Shown here: in pieces, positions 29,556 to 38,173 of the stretch | Layout of the letters: the number at the start of each line of letters is the position of its first letter | Numbering within the stretch: the first letter of the stretch is position 1 | Origin: Dysgonamonadaceae bacterium | GTDB taxonomy: Bacteria; Bacteroidota; Bacteroidia; Bacteroidales; Azobacteroidaceae | Length of the DNA: 64,000 bases | Assembly (NCBI GenBank): GCA_031272075.1 | Contig: JAISUK010000065.1 | Location: 7,420 to 71,419, forward strand | Direction: 5' to 3' | Made by a program: the position numbers and the translations under genes | The notes under the pieces: model-generated | Databases searched by the model: none | The model's input: only the letters and a program-made list of their open reading frames with translations | Told to the model about the DNA's origin: nothing

Positions 29556-32500
29556 TTAAAAATTGAGGTTGAGGCCAAAATTCACGAAATGCGGCATGGG
29601 ATACACGCCACGGTCCACCCCGTAGTTGCCGGTTTCGGGATCGATACCCGTGTAGTCGGTAAATGTCACGAGATTGTCGGCGCTCACATAGAGGCGCAAC
29701 CGCAACTGCTGCATGCCGGCTGAGCGCATCAGTGAGGCAGGCAGGGTGTAACCGAGCGTCACGTTTTTCAACCTGAGGTAATCGCCCTGTTCCAGGAAAA
29801 TGTCGGAGAAATTCAGGTAATTGCCGTTGGTATCTTCTACCAAGCCGAGGCGTGGCCAGCGACTGGCGGGATTGAAATCCCAGGTGTCCAATGCCGTTTT
29901 CAGCAAGTTGCCGCCTTGCTGCCGTCCATTCATTGCCATCTGTTTCATACCGTTATAGATATAGTTTCCGGCAACGCCCTGAAACATGATGTTGAAGTCA
30001 AATCCTTTGTAATCGACTGAGGCGCCGAATGAGAAAGTACGTTTCGGGTCATACGAACCGGCAAATACGCGGTCGTCGCCATTGATTTTGCCATCGCCGT
30101 TGGTGTCGACATAGCGGAGATCGCCCGGTTTGGCATTCGGCATGATAATCGAAGTCTCGCCGGTCTCCGGGTTTTTGCTTACGTATTTCACGACATCGTC
30201 GTACGACTGAAAAATGCCTGCGGTGCGGTAGATATAGAACGAATGCCAGGGTTCGCCGGCAAACGAATACAACAATGGTTGGCTGTTCAGATTCGGATTG
30301 GTATGCACCACCGGGTCGAGGCGGTTGCCGTAGTCTTTTACATATCCTTTATTGAACGACACCATGCCCCAGACATTAAAACCGAGTTCACCGATATTAT
30401 TGTGGTAATTGGCAGAAAATTCCCAGCCGCGATTCACCACTTCGCCCATGTTGCCCATCGGCGCTTCGTTCACCCCTACTTGCCATGGCGTAGGAATGTA
30501 GTCAATCAGGTCTTTGGTGCGTTTGTCATACCAGTCGACATTGATTTCCAAGGCCTGGTTGAGGAGTGTCAAATCCAATCCGGCGCTGGTCTGCTCGGTG
30601 ATTTCCCAGCGGGCATTGGGGTTCGGGATGGTATTCAGGTAGGTGCCGGCGATAGGGTTGTCCAGATGAGCCCCGAAGATGGAGGCGTTGGAATACGATA
30701 GCAACGACACGTCCACAGCATCGGTCGGATACAAATCCACATTGCCGGTTTTCCCCCAGCCGCCTCTGAATTTCACCAGATTGACACGATCTCCCAGGTT
30801 CAGACTCTTGAAGAATGGCTCCGACGACAGTTTCCACGATGCCGAAAGCGACGGGAAATTGTCGAACTGATGCGAGGTGGGCAATACCGATGCGCCGTCT
30901 ACGCGCACACTGCCGACCAGGAAGTATCGGTCGTCGTAAGAATAGCCCAATCGTCCGAGAGCCCCGACCATCGAACGCGCCTGAATGGTTTCTTCCGGCG
31001 CACGCGAGGCGCTCCATTTCGAGCCGTCGTAGGTGAAAGTATTGTCTTCTTCATAAGGATATTCTTGCGTAAAGACGCCTCGGTTGGTGACTTTCCTGTA
31101 ATCCATCGTGAAGCCTGCCATGGCGCTTAAATGATGCTTCTCGGCCAATACGCTTGCATAGTTTGCGGTGCTTTCCCACAGCCAGTGATAGATCTTATCC
31201 TGAAATTCTTCCCGCAGGTTTGCGGTTCGCATCAATCCGGGTTCTTCCATCTTCGGATAAAATTCGTCACGGTCTTTCACGTTCAAGTCGACAGTGAAAT
31301 CCGACTTCAATGTCAGGCCGAACAACGGTTTTATTTCCAATCCCGTGGTAGAAAACACTTTCAGGTCGGGATAACGGCGGTGAAGTCGGGTGAGGTATGC
31401 CACCGGGTTATATACCAATGGGTATCCCGATACGCTTGCCCAGCGGGGTGAAGTACCGGCAAACAGTTTCTCGCCTTTCTCATCGTAAACATATTCGCCG
31501 TTTTCCGAAAGTTCATATACGGATGCACTGCGCGGATACCACACTGCGCCCATAATCGGGCCTTCGTGTCCGGTATCTACATTCCCTTGACCGTTGGAGT
31601 AGGAGACATTCACCCGTTCGGAGAATTTCAGCCATTTCGTCACTTGGAAATCTTGCACTGTACGCGCCGTAATACCTTCCGAATAGGTGTTCAGCAGTAC
31701 CCCTTCCGACTTGTCGTAAGCGAGGGAAAACAGCGACTGGATGGTTTCGCTGCCGCCGGAGATGGTGGCGGCATAATGTTGCACTTTGCCTGTGCGGAAA
31801 ATTTCGTCCAGCCAGTCCGTGCGCGTGGTGTTTCCCCAGGGAAATAATTCCGGATTCGCCGCCGAAGGCAATTGTCCGCTGGAGGAATTGGCGACCGCTT
31901 TTGCCCATACGGTATTGTATTCTTCGGCAGTAAGCAGATTCGGCAGATTGGATACCGATTTGAACCCTGAAGAAAGGTTGAAATCGACTTTTATTTTTCC
32001 TGTCTTTGCCTTTTTGGTGGTGATAAGTACCACCCCGCTGGCACCTACCTGCGAACCGTAGATAGCCGCTGAGGCCGCATCTTTCAGCACTGTGACGGTC
32101 TCTATGTCATCGACCGAATACGGCGCATTTGGGACACCGTCCACGACAAACAACACGCCATTGGCCGAGGTCGGGTCGTTGTCGTTCCCTTTTGAGCCGC
32201 GTCCACGGATCGAAAACGAAGTCGGCAACATCGGGTCGCCGGTCTGCATGACCGTCATTCCCGAAACCCGGCCTTGCAACACCGTACCGATGTCGGAAGG
32301 ACGGCCTTTCACCATGTCGTCGACTTTCATGGAATACACCGACATCGAAAGGTCTTGTTTCCGCTGGTTGCCGTATCCGATCGCCACCACTTCGTTCAAC
32401 CCGATGGCATCTTCCGACAATACGACATTCAGCGTACTTTTTCCTTTCACCGGCATTTCCGTCGTTTTCATCCCCAAATAGGTAAATACCAACGTCGCGT

Positions 32501-32750
32501 CGTCCGGAACGGTCAGCGAGTAATCACCGTTAATGTCCGTCACCATGCCCTGACGGGTGCCTTTCAGCACCACAGAAACCCCTGGGAGCGGCTGTCCGCC
32601 GGTGTCGGTCACTTTGCCGGATACAGGCTTTGTCTCCTGAGCGGCAGCAATTTGCACCATACTTAGCAGCCACAACAAAACGGTAATTCTTAGATTCATA
32701 AATCCCTTGTGCAACCAATGTCGGTCGCGGTAATTAAAAAGAATTTTCAT
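29556..32750 (-). CDS. SusC/RagA TonB-dependent transporter (no STN domain)
   Basis: EVVAIGYG, LKDAASAAIYGSQ, C-terminal GLNLNF; true start may be the later MNLRIT ATG. Confidence 0.95.
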   Translation of the reverse strand: MKILFNYRDRHWLHKGFMNLRITVLLWLLSMVQIAAAQETKPVSGKVTDTGGQPLPGVSVVLKGTRQGMVTDINGDYSLTVPDDATLVFTYLGMKTTEMPVKGKSTLNVVLSEDAIGLNEVVAIGYGNQRKQDLSMSVYSMKVDDMVKGRPSDIGTVLQGRVSGMTVMQTGDPMLPTSFSIRGRGSKGNDNDPTSANGVLFVVDGVPNAPYSVDDIETVTVLKDAASAAIYGSQVGASGVVLITTKKAKTGKIKVDFNLSSGFKSVSNLPNLLTAEEYNTVWAKAVANSSSGQLPSAANPELFPWGNTTRTDWLDEIFRTGKVQHYAATISGGSETIQSLFSLAYDKSEGVLLNTYSEGITARTVQDFQVTKWLKFSERVNVSYSNGQGNVDTGHEGPIMGAVWYPRSASVYELSENGEYVYDEKGEKLFAGTSPRWASVSGYPLVYNPVAYLTRLHRRYPDLKVFSTTGLEIKPLFGLTLKSDFTVDLNVKDRDEFYPKMEEPGLMRTANLREEFQDKIYHWLWESTANYASVLAEKHHLSAMAGFTMDYRKVTNRGVFTQEYPYEEDNTFTYDGSKWSASRAPEETIQARSMVGALGRLGYSYDDRYFLVGSVRVDGASVLPTSHQFDNFPSLSASWKLSSEPFFKSLNLGDRVNLVKFRGGWGKTGNVDLYPTDAVDVSLLSYSNASIFGAHLDNPIAGTYLNTIPNPNARWEITEQTSAGLDLTLLNQALEINVDWYDKRTKDLIDYIPTPWQVGVNEAPMGNMGEVVNRGWEFSANYHNNIGELGFNVWGMVSFNKGYVKDYGNRLDPVVHTNPNLNSQPLLYSFAGEPWHSFYIYRTAGIFQSYDDVVKYVSKNPETGETSIIMPNAKPGDLRYVDTNGDGKINGDDRVFAGSYDPKRTFSFGASVDYKGFDFNIMFQGVAGNYIYNGMKQMAMNGRQQGGNLLKTALDTWDFNPASRWPRLGLVEDTNGNYLNFSDIFLEQGDYLRLKNVTLGYTLPASLMRSAGMQQLRLRLYVSADNLVTFTDYTGIDPETGNYGVDRGVYPMPHFVNFGLNLNF

Positions 32751-32832
32751 ACACTTTGATTGTTTTTAAGATTAGTAACTGATCTTTTATTTAAAACGCT
32801 TTGATTGTTGTTTTTATGTTTTTCATCAGGCG

Positions 32833-32867
32833 ATAGACAAAATCTATTAATCATAGACAATATCTAT
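32833..32867. promoter_or_regulatory. Tandem dyad operator candidate (LysR/OxyR-like)
   Basis: ATAG-N7-CTAT-N5-ATAG-N7-CTAT upstream of susC of locus 3. Confidence 0.45.
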
Positions 32868-33143
32868 TTTATTGTCAATTGGTTTTCTATGACAATCTTC
32901 TATACTGACGGGGCATTTTAGCATGCCTGTAACCGAGTGGCGAAATATTTCCATGGCTGTAGATTCTTTTATATTTCTTTTTGCCACAAATATACGATCT
33001 TTCAAATAGAAATACCAAAACTCAACGGTCAATATTTTGCAGCGAATGATTCTACTTATTGATCGCCATAGAATTAAAAATGATGTAGGAGCGAACAGGC
33101 TGCTCACCAAATCCGGACTTTTTCACGGATAATCGTAAAACGC

Positions 33144-33174
33144 TTTGAATATTATGGCTTTTATGTTAATTTTG
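33144..33174 (+). promoter_or_regulatory. Primary-sigma promoter of ffh-folD
   Basis: TTTG-N19-TAATTTTG, exact Bacteroidota -33/-7 consensus. Confidence 0.7.
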
Positions 33175-33197
33175 CATCGCAATTTTACGAAAAAAAT

Positions 33198-34520
33198 ATG
33201 TTTGAAAATTTAAGTGAGAGGCTTGAACGGTCGTTTAAGCTGTTGAAAGGACAAGGCCGAATTACCGAGATCAATGTCGCGGAAACCTTAAAGGATGTCC
33301 GGAAAGCGTTGCTCGACGCCGATGTCAATTATAAAGTCGCCAAGAAATTTACGGACGACGTCAAGGAAAAGGCGCTTGGCCAAAATGTGCTGACAGCCAT
33401 CAAACCCAATGAACTGATGGTGAAGATTGTGCACGACGAATTGACGCGTCTGATGGGAGGTGAAGCCACCGAAATCAACCTGAAGGGTTCGCCGGCGCTG
33501 ATTCTCATGTCGGGTTTGCAGGGTTCGGGTAAGACTACTTTCTCCGGGAAGTTGGCAAAAATGCTGAAAGAGAAGCGAGGAAAAAGGCCGTTGTTGGTTG
33601 CCTGCGATGTATACCGTCCGGCGGCTATCGAACAATTGAAAATATTGGGAGAACAGATCCAGGTACCGGTTTATACGGAAGAAGATAATAAGAATCCTGT
33701 CAAGATTGCTCAAAATGCCGTCAAGTTTGCCAAATTGCACGGCAATGATGTGGTGATCATCGATACTGCGGGTCGATTGGCCATCGACAACCAGATGATG
33801 GATGAAATATCCGCTATCCGGTCGGCGGTCAATCCGGACGAAATATTGTTTGTGGTCGATGCCATGACAGGCCAGGATGCGGTCAATACAGCCAAAGAAT
33901 TTAATGATCGTCTCAATTTCAATGGTGTAGTGCTGACCAAACTCGACGGGGATACCCGTGGGGGCGCGGCGCTTTCTATCCGTGCGGTGGTAGATAAACC
34001 GATAAAATTTATCGGTACAGGTGAAAAACTGGACGCTGTAGATCCTTTCTATCCGCGACGGATGGCCGATCGTATTTTGGGGATGGGCGACATCGTGTCG
34101 TTGGTAGAGAAAGCCCAGGAACAATATGACGAAGAAGAAGCCAAACGTCTGCAACGCAAAATTGCAAAAAATCAGTTCGATTTCAATGATTTTCTCTCCC
34201 AAATCCATCAGATAAAGAAGATGGGGAACTTGAAAGACTTGGCTTCCATGATTCCCGGGATGAACAAGACATTGAAAGACATCGATATAGATGACGATGC
34301 ATTCAAAAGTATTGAAGCGATTATTTTTTCCATGACGCCCGTAGAACGAACGAATCCCGCCATACTCAACGGTTCACGTAGAGCGCGGATAGCAAAAGGC
34401 AGCGGAACCAATGTGGCCGAAGTCAATAAATTGCTCAAACAATTTGAAGAAACGCGAAAGATGATGAAATTGGTGACCACCGCCAAATTTCCGAAAAAAG
34501 CAATGATGAAAAAGAGATGA
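33198..34520 (+). CDS. ffh: Signal recognition particle protein
   Basis: [30 protein letters not shown]-domain. Confidence 0.98.
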   Translation: MFENLSERLERSFKLLKGQGRITEINVAETLKDVRKALLDADVNYKVAKKFTDDVKEKALGQNVLTAIKPNELMVKIVHDELTRLMGGEATEINLKGSPALILMSGLQGSGKTTFSGKLAKMLKEKRGKRPLLVACDVYRPAAIEQLKILGEQIQVPVYTEEDNKNPVKIAQNAVKFAKLHGNDVVIIDTAGRLAIDNQMMDEISAIRSAVNPDEILFVVDAMTGQDAVNTAKEFNDRLNFNGVVLTKLDGDTRGGAALSIRAVVDKPIKFIGTGEKLDAVDPFYPRRMADRILGMGDIVSLVEKAQEQYDEEEAKRLQRKIAKNQFDFNDFLSQIHQIKKMGNLKDLASMIPGMNKTLKDIDIDDDAFKSIEAIIFSMTPVERTNPAILNGSRRARIAKGSGTNVAEVNKLLKQFEETRKMMKLVTTAKFPKKAMMKKR

Positions 34521-34521
34521 C

Positions 34522-35403
34522 ATGCAATTGATTGACGGAAAGGCAGTAGCAGCACAAATCAAATTGGAGATTGCCGCGGAAGTGGTACAAATAAAAGCGC
34601 GCGGCGGAAAGGCCCCGCATCTGGCCGCCATTCTGGTGGGCCACGACGGTGGAAGCGAAACGTATGTCGCCAACAAAGTGCGTACCTGTAGTGAAATCGG
34701 ATTTCAATCTACCTTGATCCGTTATGAGGCGGATGTGACAGAAAGCGCTCTGCTGGAGAAGATTGTCGAATTGAACCGCGATGCTTCCGTAGATGGATTT
34801 ATCGTTCAGCTGCCGTTGCCCAAACACATTTCCGAACAAAAAGTCATTGAAGCCATCGACTATCGCAAAGATGTCGACGGATTCCATCCGGTCAATGTCG
34901 GACGCATGGCCATCGGATTGCCTTGCTATCTTTCCGCTACGCCAGCCGGGATTCTGGAATTGTTGAAACGCTACCGTATTGAAACTTCGGGCAAACATTG
35001 CGTGGTGCTGGGAAGGAGCAATATCGTCGGGAAACCTGTGGCTTCGCTGATGATGCAAAAGACCTATCCCGGCGACTGTACCGTAACTGTTTGCCACAGC
35101 CATACAAAAGACATCAAATCGCACTGCCTGCAAGCGGACATCGTCATCTCCGCATTGGGGGCTCCGCGATTCCTCACCGCCGACATGGTCAAAGAGGGCG
35201 CTGTGGTCATTGACGTGGGAACTACGCGCGTTCCCTCCGAACATACCAAATCGGGGTTTAAATTGTCGGGTGATGTCTGTTTTGATGAGGTGGCGCCCAA
35301 ATGCTCATTCATCACGCCTGTGCCGGGTGGCGTGGGGCCAATGACAATCGTTTCGTTGATGAACAACACGCTTTTGGCTGCCAAAAAAAGCGTTTATCCA
35401 TAA
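34522..35403 (+). CDS. folD: Methylenetetrahydrofolate dehydrogenase/cyclohydrolase
   Basis: [28 protein letters not shown]. Confidence 0.98.
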   Translation: MQLIDGKAVAAQIKLEIAAEVVQIKARGGKAPHLAAILVGHDGGSETYVANKVRTCSEIGFQSTLIRYEADVTESALLEKIVELNRDASVDGFIVQLPLPKHISEQKVIEAIDYRKDVDGFHPVNVGRMAIGLPCYLSATPAGILELLKRYRIETSGKHCVVLGRSNIVGKPVASLMMQKTYPGDCTVTVCHSHTKDIKSHCLQADIVISALGAPRFLTADMVKEGAVVIDVGTTRVPSEHTKSGFKLSGDVCFDEVAPKCSFITPVPGGVGPMTIVSLMNNTLLAAKKSVYP

Positions 35404-35487
35404 TCCGTGCAGATTTCGGAGAAAATTATTTTTGAAAACATGCAAGAAATTCAAGAGAAAGTTATATCTTTGCATCCTAATTTTAAT

Positions 35488-35562
35488 GGTGGTTGTAGCT
35501 CAGCTGGTTAGAGCATCAGATTGTGGTTCTGAGGGTCGTGGGTTCGAATCCCATCATCCACC
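35488..35562 (+). tRNA. tRNA-His (GTG)
   Basis: G-1 plus cloverleaf: GCTC/GAGC D-stem, TCAGA-TTGTGGT-TCTGA anticodon arm, TTCGAAT T-loop, discriminator C; CCA not encoded. Confidence 0.95.
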
Positions 35563-35631
35563 CTTTTTCTATCCTAACTTTCCCAAAACCAAAGTCGAAC
35601 ATCTGCTAACTTCTTTACAAATAAAAGCCAT

Positions 35632-36054
35632 TCAAGCAATAGAACGGGCAGTCTTGTGGAGCTGAGTGCTGATGTCGTCCAGGGCGCTTGAGAGTATTTC
35701 TAATTCTTTGTCGGTGAAAGCGACCGGGACGCCATTGACGTAATGCCCATTGACGCGCTGTGATAGCCAGGCGCGGCTTTTTTTGAAATAATTCTCAGCG
35801 ATGTAAGACATGGAAATAATATCCAGAATACTTCCAAGTTTCTGTTTGACATTAACATAGTTATAAACATTACTTGCACGGTCGATGGCTTGTTGCGCAT
35901 CTTCGACGAGCGCGTTTGATAACTCTTTCAATTCGTCATCGGTTTTACTGTCGATACTCGATTTAATTTTTTTGCGGAAATCTTCAATTTCAGCATCGGT
36001 ATTTAAGGACATAAACTCCGATTTTAATTTTTCCAATTCGTTTTTAATTTTCAT
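35632..36054 (-). CDS. DUF5053-like protein with C-terminal HTH-like motif
   Basis: ISMSYIAENYFKKSRAWLSQRVNGHYVNG..FT resembles the DUF5053 signature (recalled, not searched). Confidence 0.7.
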   Translation of the reverse strand: MKIKNELEKLKSEFMSLNTDAEIEDFRKKIKSSIDSKTDDELKELSNALVEDAQQAIDRASNVYNYVNVKQKLGSILDIISMSYIAENYFKKSRAWLSQRVNGHYVNGVPVAFTDKELEILSSALDDISTQLHKTARSIA

Positions 36055-36063
36055 ACGTCAATA
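36050..36063 (-). repeat. Solo right end of the start-codon element
   Basis: TATTGACGTATGAA on the minus strand supplying the ATG at 36054. Confidence 0.6.
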
Positions 36064-36110
36064 CTTTATTTAATATGATGACTACAAAGCTCCTCCGAAG
36101 AAGAGTTTTG

Positions 36111-36293
36111 TTAACCTTTCAGTTTTTCAAGCAAATCGATCAATCGGTCAAGATGAAAGTCAATTCGTTTTTCAAACTCCCCGCGTGGGAACTTTTTTTG
36201 AAGCTCCTCGAAAAACAAGGCGTAGAACATAAGATTTTTCTTTTCGTGCTCTATGAGAGTATTTAGCTCATTTTCTTCTTTTTTGTCCAACAT
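36111..36293 (-). CDS. 60-aa helical small protein
   Basis: ATG start, own consensus promoter, co-oriented upstream of the DUF5053-like gene. Confidence 0.55.
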   Translation of the reverse strand: MLDKKEENELNTLIEHEKKNLMFYALFFEELQKKFPRGEFEKRIDFHLDRLIDLLEKLKG

Positions 36294-36318
36294 TTCAATG
36301 AACTTTTAATTGACATCA

Positions 36319-36349
36319 CAAAAATAATAACGTTTTGTTTATTATCAAA
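36319..36349 (-). promoter_or_regulatory. Primary-sigma promoter for the small-gene pair
   Basis: Minus strand TTTG-N19-TATTTTTG, 25 nt upstream of the ATG. Confidence 0.65.
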
Positions 36350-36479
36350 TTTTTTCGCGCTTTTTTTTTGAATGAAAGCGTGGAATTGACTATTTTTAAA
36401 GGTTCGTTTATTATCAAAGCGCTGCGAGAGTGTCAAATTGGATTTGTATCTTTGTAGCGCAAAAAGAGAATAATAAATA

Positions 36480-36911
36480 ATGAAATCCATTCAAATACAG
36501 CATGTAAGTCTGCTTCGCCAAGCGGCAGAAGCGTTTGTGCCGATGACTGCAAATCATCGTATTTTCGCTTTTCTGGGCGAAATGGGCGTTGGGAAAACCA
36601 CCTTCATCAAGGCCGTATGTGAAGTCCTTGGCGTTGAAGAAAGTATCAACAGTCCCACGTTTGCTATCGTCAATGAATACCATTCAAAAACCATTGCAAA
36701 ATCGATTTTTCATTTTGACTTCTATCGCATCAATTCTGTTGCCGAAGCATTGGCGATCGGTATTGAGGATTATTTTGACCAAGATGCGCTTTGTTTTATT
36801 GAATGGCCTGAAAAAATCGAAGCATTGCTGCCCGAAGACACGGTTTTTGTTAGGATGACTGCGCTTCCCGACGATTCACGTTCACTCTCTTTTCTTTCGG
36901 ATATTCGGTAG
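36480..36911 (+). CDS. tsaE: tRNA threonylcarbamoyladenosine biosynthesis ATPase
   Basis: GEMGVGKTTF, SPTFAIVNEY, HFDFYRI, IEWPE. Confidence 0.96.
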   Translation: MKSIQIQHVSLLRQAAEAFVPMTANHRIFAFLGEMGVGKTTFIKAVCEVLGVEESINSPTFAIVNEYHSKTIAKSIFHFDFYRINSVAEALAIGIEDYFDQDALCFIEWPEKIEALLPEDTVFVRMTALPDDSRSLSFLSDIR

Positions 36912-38093
36912 AAAACCGGCTACCAATCCGATCAACGGCAAGAAAGAACAGATAAAATAAAGGTATTCGATACCGATATTATCCGCCAGGCGTCCCAGCA
37001 ACGCTGATCCGATGCCTGCTACGCCGAAGGCGAATCCGAAGAATAATCCTGCAATCATGCCCACTTTCCCCGGAACCAATTCTTGGGCATACACCAATAT
37101 CGCTGAAAAGGCGGAAGCCAGGATCAACCCGATCAGAATGCTGAAAACACAGGTCCAGAACAAATCCAGATGGGGCATCATCAGGGAGAAGGGCGCAACG
37201 CCGAGTATCGAGAACCAGATCACATATTTTCGTCCGATCTTGTCGCCGATAGGTCCGCCGAGAAAAGTGCCTGCCGCCACTGCAAATAAATAAGCAAAAA
37301 GAAAGAATTGTGACTGTTGGATGCTCACATGGAATTTATGGATGAGGTAAAAAGTGTAATAATTCGTGATGCTTGCCATATAGAAATATTTGGAGAAAAT
37401 CAGAATCAACAAAATACAGAAAGTAACCGTGATCTTGCGTTTGGACAAGCGTGGTTGGGATACTTCCGTTACAACCGATTGTTCGCGTGGCTTGAGGCGG
37501 TATAGGTTGCGTTTGTACCAGCGACTGACGCGCAGCATCACCAGGATTGTCAGAAATGCCAGGACCGTGAAACGGATGATATGGAATTGACCGTAAGGCG
37601 CAATAATCAACGCTGCCAGCAATGGCCCCAGCGAACTTCCGAAATTTCCGCCTACCTGGAAGATGGACTGCGCCAGTCCCGTTCTGCCTCCGGAAGCCAT
37701 GTACGCCAGTCGCGATGCTTCGGGATGCAGGATGGACGAACCGATGCCGGTAAAAAACACTGCGACCAACACCATCCCGAAACTGTTGGATAAAGCAAGG
37801 AGCGAGATGCCCACCATTGTCGAGCACATCCCCAGCGGAAGTGAATAGGGTTGCGGCCGTTTGTCGGTGTACCATCCGATGAGCGGTTGCAGCAACGAAG
37901 ACGACAATTGAAAAACCAGCGTAATGAGTCCTATCTGCGAAAAATTGAGATGCAGCGAATTTTTTACCAATGGATAAACCGAAGGGATCAACGACTGCAA
38001 TGTGTCGTTGGACATGTGTATGAAACTGAGCGCCAACAATATCGCAAAGGTAGTGTTGTTCGCCGAATCCTTTGTCTTGCCTTTTAATTCCAT
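36882..38093 (-). CDS. MFS transporter, Fsr (fosmidomycin-resistance)-like
   Basis: HMSNDTLQSLIP, HPEASR, GLAQSIFQVGGNFGSSLGP, GLFFGFAFG. Confidence 0.88.
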   Translation of the reverse strand: MELKGKTKDSANNTTFAILLALSFIHMSNDTLQSLIPSVYPLVKNSLHLNFSQIGLITLVFQLSSSLLQPLIGWYTDKRPQPYSLPLGMCSTMVGISLLALSNSFGMVLVAVFFTGIGSSILHPEASRLAYMASGGRTGLAQSIFQVGGNFGSSLGPLLAALIIAPYGQFHIIRFTVLAFLTILVMLRVSRWYKRNLYRLKPREQSVVTEVSQPRLSKRKITVTFCILLILIFSKYFYMASITNYYTFYLIHKFHVSIQQSQFFLFAYLFAVAAGTFLGGPIGDKIGRKYVIWFSILGVAPFSLMMPHLDLFWTCVFSILIGLILASAFSAILVYAQELVPGKVGMIAGLFFGFAFGVAGIGSALLGRLADNIGIEYLYFICSFLPLIGLVAGFLPNIRKKRE

Positions 38094-38104
38094 CTCTGAT
38101 AAAT

Positions 38105-38136
38105 AAAGAAAAAAGGCATTACACGATGTAATACCT
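38105..38136 (-). terminator. Intrinsic terminator of rpsA
   Basis: Minus strand AGGTATTACA-TCG-TGTAATGCCT followed by a T run. Confidence 0.7.
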
Positions 38137-38173
38137 CTTTTCCTAATAGTTGAATAAGAATTTAGATTCCAGC

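Noticed and set aside
35488-35562. U-U mismatch at acceptor pair 5-68 as sign of a tRNA pseudogene
   Set aside because: All other arms, G-1, discriminator C and an upstream promoter are intact; a single acceptor mismatch is not enough.
35488-36300. Integrated prophage/ICE at tRNA-His
   Set aside because: No integrase and no duplicated tRNA 3' end seen; housekeeping genes resume within 1 kb.
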